Positions 1 to 14,108 are shown, counted from the first letter of the stretch. The stretch is DNA of 64,000 nt from Octopus sinensis (GCF_006345805.1 NC_043005.1:82150001-82214000), one strand, 5' to 3'. The notes: generated by a model from the sequence alone, not told the origin. Numbers and translations are program-made.

Positions 1-289
1 AGTCAGGATACACTTTGTGTACAGATTAAATAGTTAATTCTCACATTGCCGCAATGCTAAATGTTTTGGTACGCGAAAATTCCATGACTCAACACAATAT
101 ATTTATTATATAGAAGGTATATTAAAATTTACATGTTTTTTTACTATTTAAAAAAACGAGAAAATTCTTGAAATTAAATTATTGAAATGGAAAAAAAATA
201 TACATAATCTTGATAAGATGTTCATCCGTAAATATGCATAATATGCATGTATTGATGAATACTTGAATGCATAAAGATGTTTGTGAGTA

Positions 290-333
<44 letters not shown>

Positions 334-769
334 TGTATGTATGTGAGTAAATACACGCACCTGCTATAAATGTAGAGAAGCAGATATATATTATAATGTT
401 TATATGTACGCAGGTGTTTTTATGTGTGTGTGCTTGTGTATCTATAAATCCGTGACAATGTATGCTGATTAGGAATATTTTATGTATTTTTGTGTGAAGT
501 CGATGTTTTACATATGTAAATATCCATTAAGTAATAGAGAGATATGTTATGAAAATTTGATAAGCATATTGCCTATGCATAGGTGTATCTGTTTCATTCA
601 CTGTTTATGCGTGAGTAATGAGGCTGTGAGAGAGGGAGAGAGAAGGAAAGTGAGAAAGTGAAACATACCTATATGTCTCTGTGTGTGCCCTTAGCAATAT
701 TTAAAGTTGGATAAAATTTCTGATATGACAATATAACAACCCCCTCTCTCTCCCTCACTCGCTTTATAT

Positions 770-796
770 ATAAATATATATATATATATACACATA

Positions 797-839
<43 letters not shown>

Positions 840-1246
840 GTATTGTATGAGTAGGTATATATATGCATATATATATATACACATATGTATGTATATGTAT
901 GTATATATATGCATATATATATATGCACATATATATATATGCACATATATATTATATATATATACACACATATTTTATATATCTATATATATATATACAC
1001 ATATGTATATATATGTATGTATATATATATGCATATATATATATGCACACACATATATATATATATACATATACATTTTATATATATATATATATATACA
1101 TATATATTTATATATATATATATATAATATATACATATATATCTTATATATAATATATATAGATACATATATTATATAAATATATATAATATATACACAT
1201 ATATATTTATTATATATAATATATATTATATGCATATATATATATA

Positions 1247-1336
<90 letters not shown>
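770..1336. repeat. Compound (TA)n/(CA)n microsatellite
   Basis: Long interrupted TA run with a CA block; it generates all the YIYI ORFs at 669-1418. Confidence 0.97.
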
Positions 1337-1338
<2 letters not shown>

Positions 1339-1467
1339 TCATCACATAAGTAATGCAGTTTTTCAAATGCATGAACTAAAATTCGGAGGCGGACAGGACA
1401 AATTGCTGCCTGTGTCACCTTGCTATAAAAGCAGGGAGTAATTTTACCTTATACTTATTCTTAGTGT

Positions 1468-1772
1468 GGAGCCACATGGCCTAGTGGTTAGAGCAGCGGA
1501 CACGCGATCGAGGGTTCGCGGGTCCGAATCTCAGCTCGGGTGATGTTTGTGTTTACGAGCGAAACATCTACACTCCACGCGGCTCCGACAGAAGGTAATG
1601 GCGAACTTCTGCTGACTTTTTCGCCCCAACTTTCCCTCACTCTTTCCTCCTGCATCTAGCAGCTCTCCTGTGACAGACCGGCGTCCGGCCTATGTGGGGA
1701 GCCTATACGCCGGGAATCTGGCCCTTCTGTCCCAGGCATCGGTCAAGAAGGAACAAACAACAACAACAACAT
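1468..1772 (+). mobile_element. tRNA-derived SINE (family E head) with (CAA)n tail
   Basis: Box A TGGCCTAGTGG and box B-like GGTCCGAATCTC; head and body are shared with the copy at 29542; ends in CAA repeats. Confidence 0.8.
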
Positions 1773-1834
1773 TTATTCTCAGTGCAAGTTCTGAAGAGTG
1801 CAGTTCGATTTTAACAATTATTTTTCAAAGCTAT

Positions 1835-2462
1835 AATGGAAATGACTCATTATGCATATTTTGCATAATGAATTCAATAACGTCAACAATAAATGTCAAT
1901 AAAGTTACAACGGAAGTGTGAGGAGTACTAATGCAGTATTTGGGGATCGAACAATAATCGAAAGCCATTATCAACGGTAGTTCCAGAAATTCCGAGCCGA
2001 ACATTACAGCCCAGGGGACGAGCATCGTCCTGCAAGATCTATAGGACTCGACGAGGACGTCCTACAAACCCTGGTGGAACAATATCCCATAGTAACCGTT
2101 GAGGAACTATCAGGGAAAACTTAGACTTTGTTCATTTAACCAGTCATTCAAGTCAGCACCAGAAGAGAAACGACCATCTTTGGTTTCAAGATGGTTTCAA
2201 GATGGTTTATTTCCAACATTATAATGCTCGGCCACATACATCAAGATAATGCTCAGCCGCACCGATGAGGTGTAGAGGAGTGTTTTTTGGTCAGAGACAA
2301 GTAAATTTTGGGAGGGAGACCTTGCAAGTCTGGCAAATAGATAGAACAGCATTGTAGAAAATGAAGGATAGTATATTTTAGATTAAAAAAGAAGTTTGTT
2401 TATCTTAATTTTGTAACATAAAAGAAGTATACAAAACCACAATGCTTATAGGATGACTCAAT
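1835..2462 (+). mobile_element. Decayed, internally deleted mariner transposon
   Basis: Translation across frameshifts gives ..NAVFGDRTIIESHYQR*FQKFRA..RSIGLDEDVLQTLVEQYPIVTVEELS (HTH region), then YFQHYNARPHT (HDNARPH motif), then a C-terminal relic and a degenerate TIR-like end near 2440-2462. Confidence 0.85.
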
Positions 2463-2495
<33 letters not shown>

Positions 2496-2548
2496 TATAT
2501 AATATATATATATATAATATATATATATATATATTATATATATATAAA

Positions 2549-2960
2549 GGCGACGAGCTGGTAGAAAAGTTAGCACGCCGGGCGAAATGCTTAGCAGTAT
2601 TTCGTCTGCCGCTACGTTCTGAGTTCAAATTCCGCCGGGGTCGACTTTGCCTTTCATCCTTCCGGGGTCGATAAATAAAGTACCAGTTACGCACTGGGGG
2701 CGATGTAATCGACTTAATCCGTTTGTCTGTCTTTGTTTGTCCCCTCTACGTTTAACCCTTGTGGGTAGTAAAGAAATAGGTATTTCGCCGGCCGTTACGT
2801 TCTGAGTTCAAATTCCGCCGAGGTCGACTTTGCCTTTATCTCTTCGGGGTCGATTAAATAAGTACCAGTTACGTACTGGCGTCGATATAATCGACTTAAT
2901 CCCTTTGTTTGTCCTTGTTTGTCGCCTCTATGTTTAGCCCTTGTGGGCAGTAAAGAAATA
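2549..2960 (+). mobile_element. SINE family A tandem dimer (full monomer 2549-2780 plus 5'-truncated monomer 2781-2960)
   Basis: GGCGACGAGCTGG head, GAGTTCAAATTCC box B, GCCTTTCATCCTT.CGGGGTCGAT central segment, TAAAGAAATA tail; body repeated twice; inserted in (TA)n. Confidence 0.93.
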
Positions 2961-4944
2961 TATATACGTATATATATATATGTATGCATATATATATATA
3001 TATATATATATATCTATATATATATATATTATATATATACTCGTATATTCCTGTTAAGCTCCGTATACTGGTTGTCGTGTTATTGCAAAGCAAATTCCAA
3101 GGCAGCACATTGAAATATTTGTGATTAATCTATTGTGTGTTCAGATTTGTTAATAAACCATCAGTTATTTCATTTCGTTACAGTAACAGGTCTCCCTAAA
3201 ATAGTTTATGTAATGCAGTTATGTAATATTCCTCCAGCAAACATAATATACAAGCATGAACACTATGCTGTTAAGTCATACAATATGTATTTATTTAGTT
3301 ACGGTCAATTGTGTTCTGACGTCATTATCGAAATCAAGTTGTGGAGGTTTATACGTCAGAGTAAATAATGTCCGTTACTACATATTCCTCGTGGGACCTT
3401 GTCGGAAAGGTCATAGAATTTATATTTCATTAGCATCTATTGATTACTTCTCTGCATTATCTTGTGTACACGGTTAGGCCAGAATGCAATCAATATACAA
3501 CTAAGAAATGTTAATACGGTGTAACATAACAATTTTTTCGACTGAACATACAAGATTTCCCTTGTCACCAGTTCGAGTTATATTTGGCTAAAGCATTCAA
3601 TTATTCGGACTCTGAAAGAATAAACCCATAGCGTTTATGGTTACCCTACACAGAATGAAATTATTCTCTCCACTGAGTTGTAGATAGAAAACGTGTAAGT
3701 GTAAATCTGACTTGTGTATTGAGTTGTATTGTGTCGGCCTTTAAGTATTCAACCGAATGCCTAACCTCGACCTAGAGCAAATGATATGAAACCTTGCCAA
3801 CACATAATAAATTCACCAAACTCTTCAACTCATTTTATTCTCTCCTTGTCAATTAAAACTTATTTTCACTATATATACATCAAACAACTTCAAACTGTAC
3901 TCCCTCACAAGCAGGGTCAGTCAGCCCTTAAACAATTCCTACATTGCTCTCTCTCTCTCCCCGTACCCAACGCTGATACTCATCTCTACCTAAAGAAATC
4001 ATTCTCATTCTCAGTTGTTTGATATTATCAGTGAGGTGACTGTAGGTGCCAAGATTTTCCCCGTCCCTGCCACCACTATTATCATCTTGAAAATATCTTG
4101 TCAAGGGCTTGACAAACATGCTATATCTTTGACCTCTTCTTAGAATTGCCGATGATTATTGACCCCCATCCTATTAATTTTTAAAATATATAAGAGCAAA
4201 AAAAAAAGTGTATTTTTCTGTTTTATATTTTTATCAATAACTTAAACGAAAATTTCATAATTTTTATTTGTATATTAGAGAGGATCTTTTCAAGATATTA
4301 TCTTATCTCTGCAGATACCATGCCATCATTCCTGAATTTATTTCCTCCACATAACCGACGTATAGGTATTGTCTATTTGGCAAGTGGTAGTAAAAAACCC
4401 TAATTTTAAATCCACTTATCCACTTATCCACTTATTAAAAAGGTTTGCCGTTGTCGGTGTCAAATTAAACTAAAAGCAAAAGAAATACAAATATCTTAAA
4501 TAAGCTCACTGCTATTTTTGTTTGTCCAAGCCTTGGAGACGTTCGCCTCAAGAAAATATCATACCCGAATCATTACTCTTTTAATAGTAGTTTTTGTAGC
4601 AGAAACGTAGGTTTATGCGCATTTTAACGTTCTGATAAAATATAAATTAGCTTTTAATTTTGTTTTAGCTAGCCAACTGAAGTACATTTTACTATCATCG
4701 TATACGAGGACACATGTTTTATGTTCACATGGTTGTGCTATCCCGTCTAAGTTACTGAGCTATTGTAATATCCTATAAAATGTCCTTAAGAAAGACAATC
4801 GGAGAATGAGAGGGGAGAGGAGATAGAATGTTCTCTGAAATTGTTTACAATATTTAGTTCTTTCCTTTTACATTTTCAATTGTAGTGTCGCTACTTTCAC
4901 TTTATCCCGGTATCAATCGATAACCGATACTAGAATTAACTGTG

Positions 4945-5007
<63 letters not shown>

Positions 5008-5280
5008 TTTTGTTGTTGTTGTTGTGTGTGTGTGTGTGTGTGTCTGTCTGTCTGTCTATGTATCGTTGCTATTATGCAAAATTGTCATAAGTCCAGGACG
5101 TTGCTTTCTACACTTTGACAATTTTTGATATCTTGGTATGCGAAGCAGCTGGAGATACGATAGATTGACAAAAAAATACAGACTATTGCAAGCAAGAATA
5201 AATACGGAAAGATACGCATTTGGCAAAACTTGGACATACTACAGTTTAACATTATAGCACCGATATATATTTCTCAATCG

Positions 5281-5769
5281 GTATGGCCGAGTGGTTAAGA
5301 AGCTCGCTTTTGCAAATACATGTTTCAAGTTCAGTCCTACTGTGCAGCACATTGAACACGTGTCTTCTACTATAACTGGTGGCTGCTCAATGCCTTGTGT
5401 GAATTCGGTAGAAGGCAGCTGTGCCTAAATTCGTTAAATTTATACATGTGTGTGCGTGTATGCACACAAACATACATACGTATATATATATATATATATA
5501 TAGATATATATATATATATATATAACAAAGGTGTGTGTGTGTGTTTGTATCTATGCGTGTGTAACTCTAGGCTGGGGTTTGCCCTCCGCCACTTTGACAA
5601 CTGAAGTTATTTTTTACCCTCCCCGTAACTTAGCGGTTCGGAAATCACATCGATTTATTAAGTACCTAACTTACAAAATAAGAGAAGCGTACATCTGGTC
5701 GACTACAACCCGTCGTGGTGCCTTAGAATGGCTGCAGTCCAGTGTTCGAGACGAGTAAACGATAAAAGA
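5281..5769 (+). mobile_element. SINE family B (CORE-like, internal microsatellite), diverged
   Basis: TGGCCGAGTGGTTAAGAAG head, GTGTCTTCTACTATA, internal TA/TG run, CCCCGTAACTTAGCGGTTCGG, and ATGGCTGCAGTC tail shared with other copies. Confidence 0.85.
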
Positions 5770-7187
5770 TCGAAGCGTAAGTCAAATGTTATTACAAGCC
5801 ATTAATTCTGTGAGAACGGTGAAAATCCTATTCACAAAGCTTTGTTTTGCTCTGTTGGTGAATATAGTGTTTAAATTAACAGACTATTTCGATGTCATTT
5901 TCATCGAGCTTCCACACCGATATCACTGATCTGCGTATTCATATACAAAAGAAATAGGTTATCATTAGTTTTACTATACTAAAAATAACTAAATGCATAA
6001 TTAGTCAGATTGTGGCGATTTTCTTTGAAATTATAGCAATAAAATCGTTCGATCGATTGGCTGGAATGTAGCTTAGTGAAAGGCAGCAAGTTCCGTGCCC
6101 CAGTTGTATCTGTTTAATGCATAACAATAGACGTTTACACCATAAAAGAACAAAGGAAGTGTGTATATTAGTATATCATAGAGAAACTGTATAAAATTGA
6201 AGTAAACTGGAGTTTAATTCTAAATATCTTATTGACCTCATTAGAACCAACACGAATTTTATTATATGAACACTGGTTATATTTTCTTTTAATGATTGCG
6301 CGGAACAATTAACAATGATGAAAATAAAGCTTACATCAAATTATTGTCTGAATTTATTTCCAAATAGTTTTCGGAACCAATTAAATAAACGTCGAATGAG
6401 AATAGAAAACACAGACAGTGTTGATCTAATAAAATATTTTCGCTATTAAAATAATGATGGACGTTTATATAAATTGTTAAATTTTATGGAGAATTTTAGA
6501 GTAATGATCTGGTTCTCTACAGCAGCCGGCTCATTCGTTTGAAGTACTCAGGATATTAAAATAATAATTTATTCTCAAGATAATACTGTAGAACAAATAA
6601 ATAAACTCTACAGTTTAACATCAGAGTCGTAGCTGGTATTGTTGGTGTTTAGCCATAACTCAACTCTGATGATATCAAGCGTATGCTCAAAGAGATTTAA
6701 GCTTTAACATATTAACAATATTTTTTTTTCATATATAGCATTACATTCTCGAATATGTTATTTCTCTCCACTGAATTTAAGTAAACTGATAGTTTGTTGC
6801 AACAGCACATGTAAGCGCTCTGCAGCGTATCGCTGGTTTAACCAATTTTAAACAGAAATTGTTGTTAGGGAAAACGGAACATTTCAGTTATGTATCCATG
6901 ATCCCCGTCCACCTCAAAGGTTTATCTCTAATTTATGGATAAATGTGAACACTACAGTTAAAATAAAGTTTTCCCACCTGTCACATCTTTTCTGCAATGT
7001 CAATATTTGATAACGTATAACTACGATCATATTCGTAAGAAATTAGGATTAGGTAAACATCAACATACAGGAAACCGCTCCTCACCAAGTCAATTGAATG
7101 GGTATTCGATTGACACGAAATTAACAAGAAATGAATTAAGTGACAATATGTAACTGATAAATCGTCAAAAAATATGCATAATATTAT

Positions 7188-7390
7188 TTTCTACTCTAGA
7201 GCACAAGGCACACATTTGCTAGGGGGGGGGATCGATTAGATCGACCTCAGTACGCAACTGGTACTTAATTTATCAGCACCGAAAGAATGAAAGGCAATGT
7301 TGACCTCGACGGAATTTGTACTCAGAACGTAGCGGCAGACGAAATAACGCTTCGCCCGGCGTGCTAACGTTTCTGCCAGCTCGACGCCTT
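7188..7390 (-). mobile_element. SINE family A
   Basis: Reverse complement matches the family A head, box B and central segment. Confidence 0.9.
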
Positions 7391-7409
7391 AAAACTCATT
7401 CTTTGAGGT

Positions 7410-7550
<141 letters not shown>

Positions 7551-7704
7551 TGCAAAGATAATCTGGAACTCGACTGAGGAAAGAAAACTCCGAATGACCC
7601 GTCCTCGTTTTTCTTGTCCCTTTTTTGTATCATCTACCTGTCCGGATGTTTTGCGTACTTGTCCCGTTTTTTGTATTCCAATATATATTCTTTTATTCTT
7701 TTGT

Positions 7705-8046
7705 GAGTTTCACTCATTTGACTGCGGCCATGTTGGAGTACCACCTTGAAAGATTCTATTGAAACAAATCGCACTCACCACGTATTTTGTAAGCCCTACA
7801 CTTATTCTAGCTGTTTCTTTTGCCGAACCGCAAAGTTACGGAGCCGTAAATTCACTACACTGGCTGTCATGTGGCGATAGGGGAGAACAAATACAGACAC
7901 ACACTCACAGACATATATATAAACGACCAAATCCATTCACAATGCTTTACTGGGCTCGCTGCAATAGTAGAATACACTTTCCCAAGATGCCAGTAGTAAG
8001 ACTGAACACGAAACTGTGGTTCAAAGCAAGCTTCTTATCCAACAGC
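7705..8046 (-). mobile_element. SINE family B, near full length
   Basis: GCCGAACCGCAAAGTTACGG, ATAGTAGAATACACTTTCCCAAGATGCC and TTGACTGCGGCCATGTTGGAG are reverse complements of family B motifs. Confidence 0.85.
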
Positions 8047-8529
8047 TAGGGGTAGTACTGACGTAAGAAATAGTGCTGTGGATAGAAGCAGAATATCATA
8101 ATGATAATATTTTGTGTGTCATTAATCTAAATATATTTTTCCAGTGCAAGAAATTTAAATCAGCGAACAAATTTTCCTCTCCACTGTAGAGTTGTCCATA
8201 AAGACACATCTATAAGCGCTCTCGCACACGATTACATTCTCGCCCAAAAACTATATGATAATTAGTTAATAATTAGTGTGCTTGGTGCGGTATTTAACAG
8301 TGTTTATAAAAATCTAAATTAATTGTAATTTGTAATCTAAAGCTAAATTATACCAATTCTGAAAGAGCTGGAAAGATAATTTCTAGAAATTAGGGACTAA
8401 TTTCTTAAATGATTATTAATTTCTTTGCTTAAGGAAAATTGATAATTTTCATTTTAGCCAGCTTTGTGGTTGTTATGGACGCCATCAGAATTATAAGACT
8501 TTATATTTGTCATTATAAGCGAAGTAGTG

Positions 8530-9106
8530 AAGGTGCGTGGCTTAGACGTTAGGGCATTCAGCTCGCGATCGAAAGGTCGTGAATTCAACTCCCGGGGACA
8601 CGTCGTGTCCTTGAGCAAGACACTTTCTTTCACCTTACTCCAGTCCATTCAGCTGGCAAAAAAGAGTAGTACCTGTATTTCAAAAACGGGCCAGCCTTGT
8701 CACACACTGTGACTCGCTGAATCTGCCTGAGAACTACGTTAAGGGTACACGTGTCTGTGGAGTGCTCAGCCACTTGCATGTTAATTTCACGAGCAAGTTG
8801 TTCCGTCGATCGTATCGGCTGGGTAAGGCGGCGAGCTGGCAGAATCGTTACCACACCGGGCGAAATGCGTAGCCGTATTTCGTCTGCCGTTACGCTCTGA
8901 GTTCAAATTCCGCCGAGGTCGACTTTGCCTTTCATCCTTTCGGGGTCGATAAATTAAGTACCATTTACGCACTGGGTTCGATGTAATCGACTTATTCCGT
9001 TTGTCTCTCCTTGTTCGTCCCCTCTAAGTTTAGCCCCTAGTGGGTAATAAATAAACAGATCGTATCAGCTGGGACCCTCGTCGCCGTAACCAACGGCGTA
9101 CTCCTA
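8530..9106 (+). mobile_element. tRNA-headed SINE (family C-related) interrupted by a family A SINE
   Basis: Head GGTGCGTGGCTTAG..GAATTCAACTCC and CCTTGAGCAAGACACTTT; body resumes after 9073. Confidence 0.8.
8824..9057 (+). mobile_element. SINE family A with 16-bp TSD
   Basis: Full monomer flanked by GATCGTATCGGCTGGG (8808-8823) and GATCGTATCAGCTGGG (9058-9073). Confidence 0.95.
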
Positions 9107-10558
9107 ACCGAAAAATAGACAATTGACGCCAAGGAAGTAGGTGAACAGATTTTTACAAGAAGTACAATAGCAAACATTTTAACCAGAAATAGAATAAAAA
9201 CGGCAGAAATAAATATGAACAAAAGAGAAAGATTCTGAAGAACAATTGATATAATTATATTTAATTAGGGTAGGTGCTGATGTATTGAATGGCGTACACA
9301 AGAAGTGTTTTTTCTTTTTAGATATTAGTCTCATATTGCGGAAAGAATCTCAAATGTCGAGAGACAATTGTTGGCGATACTCACATAAAGGAAAGGGTAA
9401 TTTTTATGAAATTAATACTTATTTACACAGTTACATATTAATTTCTTTTACTATTTCCAAACAACTCGATTTAAAAAATTAATATCCTTGGCCCTTTCAA
9501 GGTATCAAACTACCCTTAGTATGAGCATACGGAAATAATGCAACGATCCTGCATCGTGTAGGCAGTCAATATATGACAGAATTTTCTTTCCATTTAATTC
9601 AATTTATTGAATTATTTTTTTCTGATAGTACAGTGATTTCGGGCATTAGACTTTTGAGTTTCTGGTTAGTATTTCAAAATATTTACGATGTACTATTGGA
9701 TAAATTTATATAATTTTAGGCATTATTGTGTATAGAAAAAATGTCAACCGAAAGTTTCTTATATATAATTTTTAAGCACGAAATTTTAGTAAAAAAACAC
9801 AAGTTGTTTAATCAGTGGTTACTAACAAAAAAATGAACAAACAAAACAAAACTATATTTGCATTCCAATACACAATCCAAATAATGAATCGATAATATGG
9901 AGACCTATATATTTCTGCATCAAATCAGAAATTCGAAAATTTATAAAACTTGGGTAGGATCGCCAAAGATCCTGTCATGTATAAATAAATATTCTTAGAA
10001 AGATTTGGGATCTGTTTGCAAGTTCAAGAATTCAAATATATTGTTCCAATATATTTGCATTCTTGTAACAATTATAGGGAATTAATATTACAAAGATCAG
10101 TCTATATACTGGTCATGACTTAAAAGGCACCACCTCTGCCCTACAAATTGCTGTTGTTGTGTTCCTCCAAGAAAATCAATATTGATGATTGAATAGACGT
10201 GATGTCAAAGTGCAATAACAGTTTCAAATTCTGAATGTATTCACGAGCGCAGATAAAGCAACACTCAAGCATTAGATGTTGTAATAACGGTAGGATCTTT
10301 ATTTCAATATATAAAACGACGAAATGTTATCTCCGATTTAAATGGTTCCTGTAAATGATCGATGCCGTGTTTCCTTAGAACATTTGTCAACATTAAAGTA
10401 GTTCAGAATTTCGGAAACGAAGAAACCAAGCTATCATATGAATATATCTCTCCTTAATTTATAATGTATAATCGATAAACTAAGATTGAAATTCATTATA
10501 TTTCTTATAGCTGTATGAAAACGACATCCCACAACAAACGCATACGTATCTCACCATA

Positions 10559-10634
<76 letters not shown>

Positions 10635-11164
10635 GATAAGTGCAAATGAATATGCGTAGCCATGCTAAATATATCTCAAAATATCCTTGCAGAATTGCAT
10701 AAGAATCGATATAATATTGTACATGAATTTTATAGGACTGCAAACTGTTGTAATTATTATTTTATTGGTATTGATGCATTAATTAAACCCATATTATATT
10801 GCTGATTGCAGAAGAGATAATAAAAATTTGAACAAGTAAGAAACAGCGAGAAGCAACGGAAACGATATAAAATATTTGTGATTTACAAAGATTTTTCCGC
10901 AAAATTCTTATTTTCCAAATCCGATTCGATTTTAGCATAAATTCATACGATGATCGATTGATTATTTATATGAATAAAAAAATGTATATTGTAATATAAT
11001 ACATAAGCATGCACAAACGCACAAACACACACACATTCATATTTGCGATGACTTATGATTGTGCAAATGGAGATGAGGTGTACGTATGTGCATGCAAGTA
11101 AGTATGTGTTTAAACAGATAAGTCTATACGTATATATTTGCTCGTACACATTTATTTATCTAAT

Positions 11165-11960
11165 AATCGCCAACTCTATTGTACTTCTTGCATCCCGGGG
11201 CACTTTATGAAGGTCTCCTGCAAATCGTTGAATGTGAAGGCGACCAGAAAAATTGTCACAGCTTTCTTCATCTTTTCATTCAGCTTGTAGAAGAACCAAA
11301 ATTGAAAGGGAGCAAGGTCGGGAATGTAGACTTTTGAGGGATAGTTTTTGATGACTCTGTCAAGTAATTGATAACCAGGTTGGAATCATGATGCCTTCTC
11401 CAGGAAGAGATCTGTTCCTATGAAATGAAATAGGATCCTTTCGGTTTGAACGGCAGTTTTTTTCTAGCGGTGTCATATGAAATTGTAAACCCATAATTAT
11501 GACCCTACTACCGATTTATTGCATTTAAATCTATTTTAGGGTTAGGTTTAGGATTAGGGGTTGTGGAAGGGTATTTTTTTTTTTCACAAATGTAAATAAA
11601 CCCAATCTGTTTCTTAAACGAGGGACACATTCATACGGCACAGAATGTTTTTTTACCTCAAATACGTCAGTGATTGGTTGAAATTGCAAAAATTGAAGAA
11701 AAAAACAACAAATATCTTATAAACTCTAGAATTTTCTTAATAAAGCCAAGAGAAAAAGATGTTTTATAAACACATTCAACCAGTATACGAAGTTTAAAAT
11801 TTTTTAGTTACCTACAAATTATGTTAAAAACTGCCGTTCAAATCGAAAAGATCAACGAAACATCTTCCTGGACTCTCTCAAAACCACAGAGTACTCTCTG
11901 TTAGCTGTCTGACCAGAAGAAGGAACCCAGGAGATGTATATTAACCCAATGCGGATCATT
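11165..11960 (-). mobile_element. Mariner transposase relic split by a MITE
   Basis: Minus-strand 11960-11854 reads IGLIYISWVPSSGQTANREYSVVLRESRKMFR; 11433-11165 reads HDSNLVINYLTESSKTI..YIPDLAPFQFWFFYKLNEK..MKKAVT (YSPDLAP.DF motif). Confidence 0.85.
11434..11853. mobile_element. Non-autonomous TIR element (MITE-like), 420 bp
   Basis: 28-bp TIRs GATCCTTTCGGTTTGAACGGCAGTTTTT (11434-11461) and AAAAACTGCCGTTCAAATCGAAAAGATC (11826-11853), 2 mismatches; internal TTAGGGTTAGGTTTAGG; no ORF. Confidence 0.88.
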
Positions 11961-12564
11961 ATGAACGTTGCGCTGAGCTTGCTTTGCCAGGCCTTTAGTG
12001 CTAGCGAAAAGCGGAATTATAGATGTTCATGTTTATGCGTTTAAAGTGAGTGCATTCGTACCTTTGTGTTTTTGCACACGTGGAAGTGCGTAAGTGTAAC
12101 AGCGTATGCCTGTTCCAGGAATTACCGTTCTAGGAAAACTGAATGCTTATTAGTTGAGTTCATATTTATTCTTTTCTACTTTACGCCCGTGACTATATAT
12201 ATATATATATATATTAACTGATCCAAGGAAATAATTTGGAAGTGATTGCAGCTTCCTCATCGTCATCAGACTTTATTTATATTTGTGCAGATATTTACAT
12301 ATTGATATTGATACGTACATGCATACAAGCATGCATACATACATACACACATACATACACAAATACACAGATACACTCACACACAAACACGCAATACATA
12401 CACACATATATGTATATTAATGTAGGTATTTATATATATTTATATATATATTTATATATATATTTATATATGGTGCAGCAACGAACATTAGAGTGCATAA
12501 GGTTTATATTCAGAAAAGATATGAAGAAAAGTATTTTACACATATACAACGCGTGCATACATAT

Positions 12565-12612
<48 letters not shown>

Positions 12613-13448
12613 TAAATATATGGTACAACAATATCATTTAGAGTGCATTAGGCTTGCGTTCAAGAAAAATAGAAGTAAAAGTACTTTGCACACACAAATG
12701 TAATAATAGTAAACAATTACAGTTGTATGTAAAAGCAAAATTCTTTTCACGGATTCCTTGGTTGACTAGAAATTATGAGCGGAATAATATTGTTTGCCAC
12801 ATAATCGATATATTGGGTACATTCAGAATGTCTTGACGCCTTCCGCAAGCAGCGAAGTTATATTGCAGAATGTAGCCATAAAACCAAAATTATATAAATT
12901 CATTAATTTTACTAACTATCTTAGTAAGTTTCTGAAAGGATCAAAGAGAAACGCCAGAAGATATGGCTGCATGTCACCTAGGGAACCAAGGAATGACAAA
13001 AAGATGCAGATTAATACTCAATTTATGCTTAACGGTTATGAATAATGCGTTGATTCTTGTCAAACATAAATATATCGAGAGACTAACTAATGCTACGCTG
13101 TTTAATACGTTTAGTATGTGAGCTGTAAGGCATTATGAAAGAAGATTACTCTGTTAGCTTTGGGGTATACTGATTACATATGTGCATACGGATCGATGGC
13201 ATTATGCATCCGTGTAAGTATCTATAAATAAGTGTATGTTTTTATGAATGTATGTGCGAGGAATGAATGTATATTCAATGTTAGATACATATAGGCAAAA
13301 CGAATATATTTCTGGTTGTCCTGCTGCGCTTCACAATATCAATCTATGCAGCAAATATTCCGAACATCATCGGATGCAGACACACAAATACACGTCGTTC
13401 TACATCACTATCAACGTATATTTGCACCAATATGCGTATTCCCACTAT

Positions 13449-13492
<44 letters not shown>

Positions 13493-13532
13493 TGCCTGAA
13501 TGTATCGGTCTATGGGTGCGAGTATGTACACC

Positions 13533-13563
<31 letters not shown>

Positions 13564-13595
13564 GTATACACACGCACACACACACACACATACAT

Positions 13596-13634
<39 letters not shown>

Positions 13635-14029
13635 AGTATAGATTAGTGCGTGTATATATATGTATGTATACATATGTATATATATTATATATAATATATG
13701 CATACACACACACATATATACATACATTACATACATACATACATATATATAATCAAATAGAGGTACATCGTTAGAGCTTCCATTATATTGTGAAACGCTG
13801 CACCCCGACAACTCTTTGTTTTGTTTACATATATCCTACATTGAATCGATGTTTCTCTCTTATACAAATGTAAATACAAATAACTTCTTATACTTCCATT
13901 AACACATAAGTATCGGTGATATATGTATAACATACTTGCGCGTATAACTACCAAGCAACTTAAACACCTGACTACTTATCTACCTACATACCGACCTACC
14001 TGTCTACGTAGCTGACTACCTACCTCCGC

Positions 14030-14067
<38 letters not shown>

Positions 14068-14108
14068 TATCTATCTGTCTGGTGTCTGTCTGTCTATATA
14101 TCTATGCT

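Noticed and set aside
148-1418. Many overlapping ORFs of [12 protein letters not shown] type here and throughout the window
   Set aside because: They are translations of TA, CA and TATC microsatellites, which lack stop codons in most frames.
7576-7612. CTGAGGA...CCGAAT GAC CC GTC hammerhead-like motif
   Set aside because: GAAA is altered, and stems I and III are not in a valid register.
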